This document shows positions 10,565-20,716 of a DNA stretch of 64,000 nt, piece after piece. The notes beneath the pieces are model-generated. The model ran no database searches. It was not told where the DNA came from and worked only from the letters and a program-made list of their open reading frames with translations. The DNA is from Aureliella sp. (GTDB lineage Bacteria; Planctomycetota; Planctomycetia; Pirellulales; Pirellulaceae): NCBI GenBank assembly GCA_963691875.1, contig OY829846.1:3840001-3904000 (forward strand), in the 5' to 3' direction. The position numbers and the translations under genes were made by a program. How positions within the stretch are numbered: the first letter of the stretch is position 1; each line of letters begins with the position of its first letter.

Positions 10565-10771
10565 CCAACACACCAGGCAAACAGAATAGTAAAAGAGCGC
10601 GACATTGTAGACGACGAAGGGATGTCGCGTAGGCCCCGTGAGCGAAGAACGCCGCTCGGGGGCGTTCTAGAACTCAGGGCTCTAGAAGTTGCACATTCTT
10701 GTAGGCCTTAACGAACAAACGCTGCAAAAGCCGTCACTCAATTGAGCACGATGTGACAATGAGCCGAGAAC

Positions 10772-11341
10772 ATGAAATCCTACTCCGTTCACGTTGAGGA
10801 ATGTGATCTCTTGGAAGTAGCGAAGTGCCCCATTGCGGAATATCCGTTGCGTTGGACAACAATCGTACATGCCCTAGTTGCTCTCAGCGCGTGCCCTTGG
10901 ATAGTGCTCCAAGCCAACCCGCCATTAAGGTTGAGCCAATCGAATCGGCTGACCGCGAATTGAGTCCGTACGCCCCACTTCAGGTAAATCGCAAACAGAT
11001 GCCTCTGATCTCACGACTGGTGCAAGATCTACTGCGGTTCCGTACCAGGCTTTCTTGCCCTCTGGAGTTTCGGACTTCTTAGCTTCTTCGTCGTTGTTGC
11101 CGACCCAAACGATCTTTCCATGACTCCTACAATGGCTTTCACGCGAGTTGTGCTAATTGGCTCTCTCGGTGTGAACACCGCGATTTCTTTGTTGCAAACG
11201 TCGTTGTTCTTCATACCTATGATGATTCAGTGCGCTTGTCTGCTATTGACGATCTATGGCATTCCGCTTGCGTTTTGGGGTGCGATACTATTTCCTAGGA
11301 GGCGCCGTCGTGAGAAATCCCGAGCTCAGGCATCAGTTTGA
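10772..11341 (+). pseudogene. Degraded zinc-ribbon/SPYAP-motif membrane protein gene
   Basis: Pieces in three frames join as ...AKCP|HCGISVALDNNRTCPSC...ELSPYAP...|GFLALWSFGLLSFFVVV...LLTIYGIPLAFWGAILFPRRRRR. One shift lies in a CCCC run near 10828. Confidence 0.5.
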
Positions 11342-11787
11342 CGGCAAAGAAAGGGAACTGTTCGACCAGGGTGAGTGAAATCGGGAGCGAGGAGAGCGTA
11401 GAGAATCAGGCTCGTCAGACTCAAAAGTGACCAGAGCCATGTACCTTTTCATTCTTGCCTTCAGATAGAGACCGCAGCTAGAAGAGCGCCAAAATCAAAT
11501 CCATACATGGCAGCAAGACCCTCAATAACTCGAGCTAATTATATCGGTTTCTCTGAGCCGAGCGCGGCAAATTTGGGGTAACAAATTATGTCTGTTGTAA
11601 GTCTCGCAATGGCTACGGAGCACAGAGCTTCGTAGAAGAACCCGAATGCACCTGCAGTAGAAAGCAGAACAGATATTGCCCAACCCCAAGGATGTGCCTT
11701 CGATATAGACGCATCTGCTCGAAGTAGTGAAGGTGCCTCAGAGGGATTATCGACCAAGGTGACTTCTTCTCGGTTTCTATCTTGCAT
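11327..11787 (-). pseudogene. Degraded small membrane protein gene (DNP.EAP motif) with three in-frame stops
   Basis: Strong SD (GAGGAGG) before the ATG at 11787. The frame stays hydrophobic past TAA 11539-41, TGA 11461-63 and TGA 11449-51 (…GALLAAVSI*RQE*KGTWLWSLLSLTSLILYALLAP). Confidence 0.55.
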
Positions 11788-12061
11788 ATTCCCTCCTCGC
11801 TGAAGATGGGCACAATGCCGACAAGAGCTGTACAAAAGAGAGATTCCCCGTCAGTTTCTTGCTTAGGAAAACTGAGCTATGGCTTTACATTTCACAGGTC
11901 GCTTCGCGGATTTCATGCCTTTGTTAAAACCCGCATGCCACGCGAAAGACGCTAGGAAGCAATAACCAGTATGGGAGGGCTGCTAATGAGTTTTGCGGTT
12001 GTTGTTCCGGTGGGACTCCGCATACTTGCTCAAAGACTACAAGCAATCGAAAGGATACTCC

Positions 12062-13102
12062 ATGCCTGAATCCCCCAAGAATCCGAACATGCTGTACATC
12101 GAAGTCACTGGAGCTGGAATCCCAGAAGTAGACGGATTGTTCGTTCCTTCGACGGAACCGCCAAAAGAATCCGAATCAGGCACACTCTCAAGCCTCGGAT
12201 ACTGGAACGGCAAGCTGGCCTGGGATCGCGCGGATGGACAATCAGCTCGGAGCCCAGCCTTGTCCTACTCGAATAGCTACAAGTCTTGGCGCATCTGTCG
12301 ACTCGACGGCCATTTGGCTTATCACATCGACTGCGAAGATGACTTGCCGCCAATCGATCAGCCGTGGAATATCTACAAGATGGGAGTGGCTCCTGCTCCG
12401 AAGGTGACCATTCATCACGTCGATCCTCGACTCCCTTGCCCCAAGCCAAATGTTGTTTTCGTGCTCGGTGGTCCTGGCGCAGGCAAAGGAACGATGTGCG
12501 AGTTAGCAGAATCGCAGTTAGGATGGACGCATTTGTCGACCGGGGAACTACTTCGTGATGAACAAGAGTCCGACAGCCCTCACGCCAATCAGCTCAAGGA
12601 GATTCTGGCCGCCGGCAAGTTAGCACCGGATAAACTGATCGTTGAATTGCTTTCCAAGAAAATGGAATCGGTAATTCGTAGCACGGGTAAGAATAATTTT
12701 TTGCTCGACGGCTTCCCGCGCAGCCTGGGCAACATGGATGTGTGGAATGAAGTGTATGGCAGCGACTCAGAGTTACCCACCATGCTTTATCTGGAGTGCC
12801 CCTACGACGTGCTGGAGAAGCGGATCCTAGGTCGCTCCAAGTACACTGGACGGAGCGACGACAACGTCGAGAGCATCAAAGCGAGATTTGAGACTTTCAA
12901 GGAAACTACGCTACCCATCGTCGAGCATTTCCGCGAGGCAGGGAAGTGCATCGAGATCGACTGCAGTCAAGACCGCCAAGTCGTCTACAACCTTGTTCGC
13001 GATGGCCTAGCCGAGTTCACCACTGAGGAAGCCGCTGCAAAGCCACTCACCGAACGCGCCGAAATGCTTCTGGGTTTGAGGCCGTTCCCCAAAGAAAACT
13101 GA
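12062..13102 (+). CDS. UMP-CMP/adenylate kinase family protein (eukaryote-type, short LID) with an extra N-terminal domain
   Basis: VVFVLGGPGAGKGT, THLSTGELLRDE, FLLDGFPRS and GRSDDNVESIKARF motifs. About 120 aa N-terminal extension. SD AAGGA before the ATG at 12062. Confidence 0.9.
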   Translation: MPESPKNPNMLYIEVTGAGIPEVDGLFVPSTEPPKESESGTLSSLGYWNGKLAWDRADGQSARSPALSYSNSYKSWRICRLDGHLAYHIDCEDDLPPIDQPWNIYKMGVAPAPKVTIHHVDPRLPCPKPNVVFVLGGPGAGKGTMCELAESQLGWTHLSTGELLRDEQESDSPHANQLKEILAAGKLAPDKLIVELLSKKMESVIRSTGKNNFLLDGFPRSLGNMDVWNEVYGSDSELPTMLYLECPYDVLEKRILGRSKYTGRSDDNVESIKARFETFKETTLPIVEHFREAGKCIEIDCSQDRQVVYNLVRDGLAEFTTEEAAAKPLTERAEMLLGLRPFPKEN

Positions 13103-13273
13103 TGGTTCGGTGCTAGGAAGAGAATTGTTTTATAAGTAGTCGTGTTTGCAGCTCCGAGCTGCTGCGACCGACTGAAGGCGGGTTTCTCTGAAGCGAGAAT
13201 TGGAGGCCGACTTTGGATCGAGCTCAGCGCAGCTGAAGTCGCTGAACAGAAGTATGCGATTTTTTAAGCAATT

Positions 13274-13966
13274 TACAACGTCCAGTTTGATACAGCTGCT
13301 CTGCGGGTAATTGGCGATTCTGCGGCACTAATAGATTTAGGAAAATTTTTTGGCGCGAGTTCACCGACGATGGATTCACGAGATTCGACGGGTTCACGGA
13401 TAGTTTCGAGCCACAGCGTGGTCGGATTGCCACCGCACGTTTTCAAGTTGAAGTCACCCAGGCAGTAACGTATCAAATAGATGCACCAACTGGCCCGCAC
13501 CTTCCCTCAAGATGGCGTCTTGGTCTACCGTTTTCAGCCTCAAGTTCGTCCCTACCATGTTTTGTCAGCAAGCGCTATGATCTCTACCGTCGCAGCTGAG
13601 GAAAGCTTACCCGAAGTTCTTGAACCGACTGATGTTAATGTGGATGGATTCACTCCTCAGATAGATGTTGTGCGGATCATGCAATACCTGAATCGCAGAG
13701 AAATCTCATATCGGCTGGCTGAAGGCGAGACTGATATCAATCGCATGGATGTCACTGAGGACGGAGCGGTTTCACCAGCGGACGTGCTGTTTGTGGTAAG
13801 TGCGATCAACGATCGCGTCCAGGCTGATCGTGAGCGTTAGATTGCGCTGATGCAAGCTAGAGCGGAAGGAGAGTCGACTCCAATTAAAGAGCCGGAGGCA
13901 TCGCAGCTCGCCGCGTTGAACCTATGCGAATGGGATCTTGAACGCCACCGTCGGGGATTGCCCTGA
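13274..13966 (+). pseudogene. Remnant of a planctomycete extracellular protein with a dockerin type I-like pair and AEGE tail
   Basis: DVNVDGFTPQIDVVRIMQYLN and MDVTEDGAVSPADVLFVVSAIN repeats. The frame continues past TAG 13838-40 through ARAEGES to TGA 13964-66. The upstream part is frameshifted and no signal peptide remains. Confidence 0.6.
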
Positions 13967-14000
13967 GTACGCCGAGAAAAGTCACTTACTGCGAATGATT

Positions 14001-14110
14001 TCAGCCGCGAACGCTAGCCCCGGATCTAGTAGAAGCCACTATCTACTTCAGCGGTATTGGGACGAGGTCACCAAGGTCGACTTGAACCCGAGGAGCTAGC
14101 GACGTGACTC
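14001..14110. repeat. Degenerate copy of the AGCCG..GCTAGCCCCGG inverted-repeat element
   Basis: TCAGCCGCGAACGCTAGCCCCGGATCT at 14001 resembles the copies at 57198 and 4721. A weak partner arm lies at about 14084-14110. Confidence 0.45.
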
Positions 14111-14266
14111 CAACGCTGAGACAACCTCAGAATAGTTGCCCCACTTCACTGCTAAATCCTCTTATCCAAGTCTTCAAAACCCAATATTCATGGGCTAACG
14201 GCGAATACTGGTCTGTCACGATGATTTTGAAGAGTTTTTGCCAACTCTGGCAGGAAGGAATGACAG

Positions 14267-14725
14267 TTGACAGTTGCTAGCACAGAGTATTATCCGCAGC
14301 ATTACGCTCCGGTAGTTTCGGGACATTCTGAAGCGCAGCACTCGGCAGCAGTCGGCTACGTTCTGTGGTTCTTTGGCTTCTTCGGAGCACACCGCTTCTA
14401 CTACGGCAAGCCAATTACCGGTTTACTTTATGTGCTGACTTTCGGCCTTTTCTTAGTAGGCTGGATCCTAGACTTGATCTTCATGCCTGCGATGGCTGAG
14501 GAAGCTCGTACGCGACATGTTGCAGGAAAGTACGACCACAATCTTGCTTGGCTGCTGCACTCGTTTTTTCTTCTGGGCTTCCTGGGCCTTCATCGTTTCT
14601 ACCTCGGCAAGTGGATGACCGGAATCATCTGGCTACTTACGGGTGGGCTCTTCGGAGTCGGATTTTTGTACGACTGGTTCACCTTGAACGAGCAAGTCGA
14701 CCGAGCCAACATGATTGGTCGGTAA
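14267..14725 (+). CDS. TM2 domain-containing membrane protein (two TM2 units)
   Basis: Two repeats of G.FG.HRFY.GK..TG..LLT.GLF.VG...D. Confidence 0.92.
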   Translation: MTVASTEYYPQHYAPVVSGHSEAQHSAAVGYVLWFFGFFGAHRFYYGKPITGLLYVLTFGLFLVGWILDLIFMPAMAEEARTRHVAGKYDHNLAWLLHSFFLLGFLGLHRFYLGKWMTGIIWLLTGGLFGVGFLYDWFTLNEQVDRANMIGR

Positions 14726-14874
14726 GCCAGCTCACAGGTACGCCAACGAGGCACTAGACGCGACAGCTCGCTGGCTTTTGACGTTCGGCACAATGTTGCT
14801 GAGGGATGGAATCGGTTAGGATGAACGCATTGGGTCGTCGGAAGGGCGATTCACCATATCCTCCGGAACGATTC

Positions 14875-15609
14875 ATGCGCAGCTTCAACAAGGTCTTTGT
14901 CATCGCAATGCCGCGTTGCGCAACAGTATCCATGTGTGAGGCGTTAGGACAGCTCGGCGTTAATACGGCTCATCTCGGACGCATCTACGGCGAGCCAACG
15001 CAGGAGCATCACCATCCGGAGCGTCTTCACAGAATGCATGAGCAGATTCTCGCTGGAGACTATGATCTCGATATCCTGCAACACTGCGATGGTCTAGCCG
15101 ACTATCCAGCTTGCAGTTTTGAAGTCATCCAGAATCTCGACTCTGCGTTTCCTGGCAGTTTGTTTCTGAATGTCCGTCGCGATGAAGACGTCACCCGTTG
15201 GCTGCAATCAGTAGAGCGCCAGTTCGTGGGATTGCAGCTCGTGAAGGCGGGCAAGAAGTCGAACGAAGAGGAACGGCGGTTCATGCAAGTCATGCTCAAC
15301 TTCCGCGAGATGACTTTTGGCCAAGCCAAGTTTGAAGCTGAGCCTTACCGCCTGGCCTATATCGACTTTCAAAAGAAAGTCGCGGACTACTTTGCTAGTC
15401 GAGAGGATGTGTTGCTGGACATCAGCGACATTCAAGTTCTCGAAAGCAGTGGCTTTCAACAGATCGCTGAATTCCTGCAATGCGACGCACCGCAGGCTTC
15501 TTTCCCTCGCAGTAACGCGCACAGCGAGTTGCCATCACGAGTCTTCATGCAAGCCTTGGAGGCTGGCGAAGTTAAATCTCAGACGGGCATTAAGGCCATC
15601 AGCTGTTAG
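14875..15609 (+). CDS. Sulfotransferase-like P-loop protein
   Basis: KVFVIAMPRCATVSMCEALGQLG (variant of G.PRTGT.S...AL..LG), D.P, FPGSLFLNVRR..W.QS and C-terminal L.C..P...FPRSN. The ORF extends upstream to 14806, so the start is uncertain. Confidence 0.7.
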   Translation: MRSFNKVFVIAMPRCATVSMCEALGQLGVNTAHLGRIYGEPTQEHHHPERLHRMHEQILAGDYDLDILQHCDGLADYPACSFEVIQNLDSAFPGSLFLNVRRDEDVTRWLQSVERQFVGLQLVKAGKKSNEEERRFMQVMLNFREMTFGQAKFEAEPYRLAYIDFQKKVADYFASREDVLLDISDIQVLESSGFQQIAEFLQCDAPQASFPRSNAHSELPSRVFMQALEAGEVKSQTGIKAISC

Positions 15610-15764
15610 TCTCGCAGCTAGCTATCTGTTCTTTTAGTGAGCCGCATCGCCATGATACGTCCGGCGTTTCGCGAGTAACAAGACGTGTATCGCGGCCATT
15701 CCGCATAAATACGGGACGACGAGCTTAAGAACCGACGGCCTGGCCCGAAGCCACTAACAATCAT

Positions 15765-16283
15765 TCAACAGACCCTAGGATTGAGGTCCACCGGAAAAGC
15801 GTCAAGCCTCTCTGTGTACCAACCGGCAGATCCGTAGAAGGGACCCATCTCATCGGCCCAAATGATCTTCACGGCCATGTTGACTGGAACGCCAGCCATT
15901 TTCAAATAGAGCACTGCACGTTCACACTCGATCGGGTTCTCGTGAAACAAACCGATGCTCGTCGAAGCAATATCGCGAGTAATCGCTTCAGTGACAGTTC
16001 CAATGGGCTCATTTGATTTGTTGACCGGCACCAGTAAGACGGGCAGCATCATAGGGTGCCGATCTTCGTTTCGCTGTTCCGGGTCATGAAACATCGAAGC
16101 ATTTACGAGCTGACGGCGTGCAAATTCAACGAAGGAGCGAGAAAGTGTACCTTGGTAGCTTGCGCTAACCTCGTCGATCATTAGGGGCATGGAAGGACTC
16201 CTCACTAGAAAGTTCAGTGCGATGTCTGTTTCTAGCTCATCTCCCGAGCCGCGTTTTACACGCAGCTCAAAATCAAGTTTCAT
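15765..16283 (-). CDS. PilZ-like domain protein
   Basis: EQRNEDRHP (RxxxR) and TRDIASTSIGL (D/NxSxxG-like) motifs. The true start may be downstream of 16283. Confidence 0.6.
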   Translation of the reverse strand: MKLDFELRVKRGSGDELETDIALNFLVRSPSMPLMIDEVSASYQGTLSRSFVEFARRQLVNASMFHDPEQRNEDRHPMMLPVLLVPVNKSNEPIGTVTEAITRDIASTSIGLFHENPIECERAVLYLKMAGVPVNMAVKIIWADEMGPFYGSAGWYTERLDAFPVDLNPRVC

Positions 16284-16366
16284 TGATGCAATGAGGCTTT
16301 TTCCGGTCCGATTGTAGCGGTAGTAGGAAGGAGCCTCGCCATAACGAGGTACGCGCCGTACCCAGG

Positions 16367-17092
16367 CTAGTAGCCGCTACTTGGACCAGCCGCCGCGAAG
16401 TCAATCGCGGGCAGCCCTAATGCTTCCCGAGCCTGGTCCATCATCTTCTTCGTCGCGCTGGCACCACACCGGGTCACGCCCAGGCTTCGAACCTCTTGCA
16501 ACTTCTCAAAGTCGCGAACACCGCCGGCTGCCTTAACCTGAATCCCTTCGCCGACGTTGTCGATCATTAGCTTCAAGTCTTCCATTGTCGCTCCGCTGGT
16601 GCCATAACCAGTACTTGTCTTCACCCAGTCAGCCTTGAGCTCCGTACAGATTTGACACAGCTTCATTTTCTGCTCATCGTTCAAGTAACAGTTCTCGAAG
16701 ATCACTTTCACTTTCCGATCTGCAGCATGAGCAACCTCAATCACAGCAGCGATATCTGAGGTGACGTAATCCCACTTGCCACTGAGAACTTGGCTGATGT
16801 TCACAACCATATCCAACTCTTGGCAGCCGTCTTCGATAGCTTTTTCTGCCTCCTGTTGCTTGATAGCTGCCGTGTGCCCGCCATGCGGGAAACCGATTGT
16901 CGTGCTTGGTTGTACCGTGCTGCCTGCCAAAATCTCCGCACATCTTTTGAGGTAGTAAGGCATGATGCAAACACTTGCGACGTCATAGGCAACGGCCAGC
17001 GCACAACCTTCTTCCAATTGCCGAATATCCATCGTTGGAATTAGCAAGGAGTGGTCAATCATTTTGGCGTAGTCTTCGTAGGTCGCTGTCAT
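16367..17092 (-). CDS. deoC: Deoxyribose-phosphate aldolase
   Basis: IDHSLL, SVCI.P, TIGFPHG, ELDMVVNI, KVIFENCYL, VKTSTGY and VKAAGGVRD motifs. Confidence 0.95.
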   Translation of the reverse strand: MTATYEDYAKMIDHSLLIPTMDIRQLEEGCALAVAYDVASVCIMPYYLKRCAEILAGSTVQPSTTIGFPHGGHTAAIKQQEAEKAIEDGCQELDMVVNISQVLSGKWDYVTSDIAAVIEVAHAADRKVKVIFENCYLNDEQKMKLCQICTELKADWVKTSTGYGTSGATMEDLKLMIDNVGEGIQVKAAGGVRDFEKLQEVRSLGVTRCGASATKKMMDQAREALGLPAIDFAAAGPSSGY

Positions 17093-17196
17093 TGCAGATG
17101 CTTTCGTATGTCTTTGATATTCTCAGGAATTGGGATCGGAAGCCGTTCGGCGATCGATCACTCCATGCACGTCTCTTGCTTAGAGCTTTCGAATCA

Positions 17197-17230
17197 AACC
17201 AAGGCAAGTCGGCCCCTGGGCGTTAAACGA
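17197..17230 (+). repeat. Dispersed short repeat, family 2 (degenerate)
   Basis: AACC...CGGCCCCTGGGCGTTAAACGA shares the CTGGGCGT.AAAC core with the copy at 7595. Confidence 0.4.
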
Positions 17231-17273
17231 CTTATTACGTTTTCGACCTTTGGGAACTTGGCTAAATGACCGA

Positions 17274-18191
17274 CTAGGGTACAAAGTTTTTCAAATAGCG
17301 GAAGCTTTGCCGCAAGGAGTCTTTGCGAGCCTCGAGCGATCCCTCATAAGCGCGATCTTCTACTTCTACACAAACTGCACCTTCATAGCCGCTATCCAAC
17401 AACGTGGAAAAGAACTTGCCCCAATTCACCTCCCCAAGACCCGGTAGCTTGGGAGTGTGATATTCCAGCGGATGAGCCATGATGCCTACCTCATCCAGCT
17501 TGTCCCTATCGAGCCGGACGTCTTTGGCATGCGCGTGAAAGATACGCGAAGAGAATTCTCGCATGGGTTTCAAATAGTCCATCTGCTGCCAAACCATATG
17601 CGATGGATCGTAGTTTAGCCCCAGATTCCGACTTCCCAAATCCTCGAAAAGACGCCGCCAGATCTTGGGAGTCGTCGCGATGTTCTTTCCGCCCGGCCAC
17701 TCATCCTCCGAAAAGAGCATTGGACAATTTTCAATTCCAATCTTCAACCCGAGTGCATCGGCCTGCTCTAATATCTGTCGCCAAGTGTCAAGCATGAGCG
17801 GCCAATTGGCTTCGATGCTTTTTGTGTAGTCGCGACCGATAAAAGTATTCACATTCGCCACTCCTAATGTCTTCGCAGCACCAAGTAGCTTTTTCAAATG
17901 TGTGACCGCAGTCTCCGCCTCAGCTGCATCCGGCGACAGACAGTTGGGGTAATAACCGAGAGCACTGATCGCCACTCCGGTCGACTCAACCAAACCATGC
18001 ACTTCATCCACTAACGAATCATCCAGCTTGGCAATATCGATATGAGTAATCCCAGCGTAGCGACGCTCCGCTTTGCTTAATGGCCAACACATGACTTCCA
18101 CACAATCGTAGCCAATGTCAGCAGCTAACTTCAGAACTTCTTCCAGCGAGAGCTCAGGCAGAATCGCGCTCGCAAATCCAAGTTGAATCAT
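17274..18191 (-). CDS. Sugar phosphate isomerase/epimerase (xylose isomerase-like TIM barrel)
   Basis: [31 protein letters not shown] and [12 protein letters not shown] metal-binding pattern. Confidence 0.9.
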   Translation of the reverse strand: MIQLGFASAILPELSLEEVLKLAADIGYDCVEVMCWPLSKAERRYAGITHIDIAKLDDSLVDEVHGLVESTGVAISALGYYPNCLSPDAAEAETAVTHLKKLLGAAKTLGVANVNTFIGRDYTKSIEANWPLMLDTWRQILEQADALGLKIGIENCPMLFSEDEWPGGKNIATTPKIWRRLFEDLGSRNLGLNYDPSHMVWQQMDYLKPMREFSSRIFHAHAKDVRLDRDKLDEVGIMAHPLEYHTPKLPGLGEVNWGKFFSTLLDSGYEGAVCVEVEDRAYEGSLEARKDSLRQSFRYLKNFVP

Positions 18192-18346
18192 GATCACACT
18201 CAAAAGGCAGGGTTAGTTACTTTCGGTGTTATCATAACGCCAACTGCAAAGCAGTGGGATGACTCCAACTAAGAAGAGCAGTGCCAACCTTTGTCTGAGT
18301 CTGTGCAATTTTCAGACTCTGATCTGCACAGCTGCGAGGACTCCTA

Positions 18347-20716
18347 CTATTTCTGTCGATCGGAGAAAAGCAAATGCAAGATCGCCGGCAGCAAAATCAA
18401 ATCTGCGAGTACAGCAGCGGCGAGGACAACGATCAAATAAGTTCCCAACATGTTCAGCGAAAGATAGGTCGAGAAGGCAAAAGGCAAAAAGCCGACGCTG
18501 AGAATCAACGTCGTCCGAATGATCGCCAGACCAGTGTGATGCATCGACGCCTCAACAGACTCAGAAAAACTCTTCCCGTTCTTCTGCTCGATACGAAATC
18601 TCGATAGAAAATGAATCGTATCGTCTACGGCTAGCCCAAGACCAAGCGTCGCTACCGCGAGTAAGTCGCTATCGGCGACCTCTTGAGTCAAGACAATCAA
18701 GCCGCCGAGTAACAACAGAGGCGTCAGGTTTGGAAAAACCGATACACAGGCTCTTGGAAGAGAATGCAGGCCGAAAGCGATCAGAAAGAATATCGTCGTA
18801 AAGCAAAATGCGAATCCTTGCATGTGCCCTCGAATGATTTCCCGAACGGCTCGACCTACAACCGGAGCCGAGCCTTTCTCAGTGATGCGGATCTCCGCTC
18901 CGAACGTCTCATCTGCTAGCGCTACCAGTTTCTCTGACGTCTCTGTCATCGCCAAGTACGATGTCTGCGGAATACTAACCAGCAACCTCAAGTGCGAGCG
19001 ATTCTCGGTTACGAGGCTGTTCACCAACTCAGGCTCAAGCTGTCGCAGGTATTCAACACAAGCACGAGTATGATTCGCCGATTCCGCGTTCCCATCGGGA
19101 TTCTTATAGTCCAGTTGTGTCACAAACGCCCTCACCAACAAATCTACGGCAGCTACCGATTCGCAATTCAACTCCGTTTGAGCGCGCTGGCGAAACTCAG
19201 CGATCCCAGCCATTACCTCAGGAGCAAAGAGGACAGCCTCAGGAGCTTCCAGCAACAGTTCCGCTGAATTGATACCACCATACTGCGACGCAAAGAACTT
19301 AGTACTCTTGCTGATGTCATGATTCTTCCAAAAACGCTGGGTCAAGTCCGGATCAAGATGAATTTGACTGGTGAAATAGCTGCACGCTGCTAGAACAATC
19401 GCGAACACCAAAACAGTTAACTTCGGACGCGAGCAGCCAAGTCGCAGGCATCCCGTTGCGATCCATTGAGTGAACCTCGATGCACCAACCGATGCCGTCA
19501 CAGGCCTCCCCAAGCGATGAAGTATCTCCAAGAAGATCGGCACAATAAGCACCGAAAGGATCAATGCACTAGCGACACCTGCCGCGGCGGAAAATCCAAA
19601 TTGCCGAATGGTATTCGCTGGCACAAAGATAAGGGAGATGAATCCAATAAAAGTCGTAATGCTTGTCAGCACACAAGCCCCACCGACTTCCGCGAAAGTC
19701 TTACTGACTGCTTGCCGGTGCTCCGTCCCCGCGTTGCGCTCAGCCGTGTAGGAAGAGATAAGATGAATCACATCGGCTGTACTGATGACGAGCACCATCA
19801 AAGGGACAGCGGCCATAAGCACCGAGATCTTTCCGAACAAAATGATACCCGAGGAAAACCCCCATGCGATGGAGACCACGGCGATCAGTAGCGTCACGAG
19901 AATAACTTCAACACGTCGAAAAACCCACCAAACTGCCAAAGCAATCAGGGCGATACCAAGTGGTAGCTGGATCTGCAGAACCGAGTAAATCTCCTTGAAT
20001 CCATACGCCTGCAGAGGAATCAACCCTGAGCAGTAATAGCCCTGACTGCCAAGTTTGTTCTCCCTGACAATTCGCTCCAAATCCTGAATCAAGTCAATTT
20101 GGTCATCCGGCTGCATCACTCGTTCAGCCAATTCAACCAGCATGACATGCGACTTTCCGTCACGCGCTAGCAGTGAGCGCATCTCTGATTCAGATGACAA
20201 AAACTGTTCTTTGATTGCCGCTAACGATTCCGCACTAGCCCGACGACGAAACGGCAGAACCGGGCTTGCGGTGGGGCGAGCATCCGGTACGTCTCCACTT
20301 TGCAATTTCTTGTTCAACAGTATCTTTCCTGCTGTCCCCCGAATCCCGCTGGACAGCCCTGCAGGCCGATTCAGATTCGGCAGCGCCAGAACGCGACGCA
20401 CAGAGGTCAGCTCCTGTATCTCGGCCGCACATCTCCGAATTGCACGGAGAGTCTCTTCAGAAAAAAGATCCTCTTCAGTGGTCGCAACCCAGACGAGCGA
20501 GTCCGGATTGGATGGAAAAAGTGCCTCTAAAGCTTCAGCTCTTTCGTAGTCCTCAGGATTGTCCACGAAGGACTCTACGATTGAGGGCGAGAACTCCGCT
20601 GTAGTCAACAGCCAAACTGCGGGAGCCGTTAGAAGAACAATGCATCCGATAATACGCCAGGGGTAGCCTAGCAGCAGTGCGAGTATTTTCTTGACGAAAG
20701 GAGAGGAAGGGTTCAA
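18347..20716 (-). CDS. MMPL/RND-family transporter
   Basis: 789 aa with a duplicated TM-loop-5TM architecture. Motifs ISTADVIHL, ACVLTSITTFIGF, GLAVDDTIHF and LADLILLPAIL. Confidence 0.9.
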   Translation of the reverse strand: MNPSSPFVKKILALLLGYPWRIIGCIVLLTAPAVWLLTTAEFSPSIVESFVDNPEDYERAEALEALFPSNPDSLVWVATTEEDLFSEETLRAIRRCAAEIQELTSVRRVLALPNLNRPAGLSSGIRGTAGKILLNKKLQSGDVPDARPTASPVLPFRRRASAESLAAIKEQFLSSESEMRSLLARDGKSHVMLVELAERVMQPDDQIDLIQDLERIVRENKLGSQGYYCSGLIPLQAYGFKEIYSVLQIQLPLGIALIALAVWWVFRRVEVILVTLLIAVVSIAWGFSSGIILFGKISVLMAAVPLMVLVISTADVIHLISSYTAERNAGTEHRQAVSKTFAEVGGACVLTSITTFIGFISLIFVPANTIRQFGFSAAAGVASALILSVLIVPIFLEILHRLGRPVTASVGASRFTQWIATGCLRLGCSRPKLTVLVFAIVLAACSYFTSQIHLDPDLTQRFWKNHDISKSTKFFASQYGGINSAELLLEAPEAVLFAPEVMAGIAEFRQRAQTELNCESVAAVDLLVRAFVTQLDYKNPDGNAESANHTRACVEYLRQLEPELVNSLVTENRSHLRLLVSIPQTSYLAMTETSEKLVALADETFGAEIRITEKGSAPVVGRAVREIIRGHMQGFAFCFTTIFFLIAFGLHSLPRACVSVFPNLTPLLLLGGLIVLTQEVADSDLLAVATLGLGLAVDDTIHFLSRFRIEQKNGKSFSESVEASMHHTGLAIIRTTLILSVGFLPFAFSTYLSLNMLGTYLIVVLAAAVLADLILLPAILHLLFSDRQK

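Noticed and set aside
10633..10690. Alternative GC hairpins upstream of xth as a riboswitch
   Set aside because: The stems are short, match no aptamer I recognise and have no clear expression platform.
18347..20716. Hopanoid transporter HpnN assignment
   Set aside because: Only generic MMPL motifs are visible and there are no hpn/shc neighbours.
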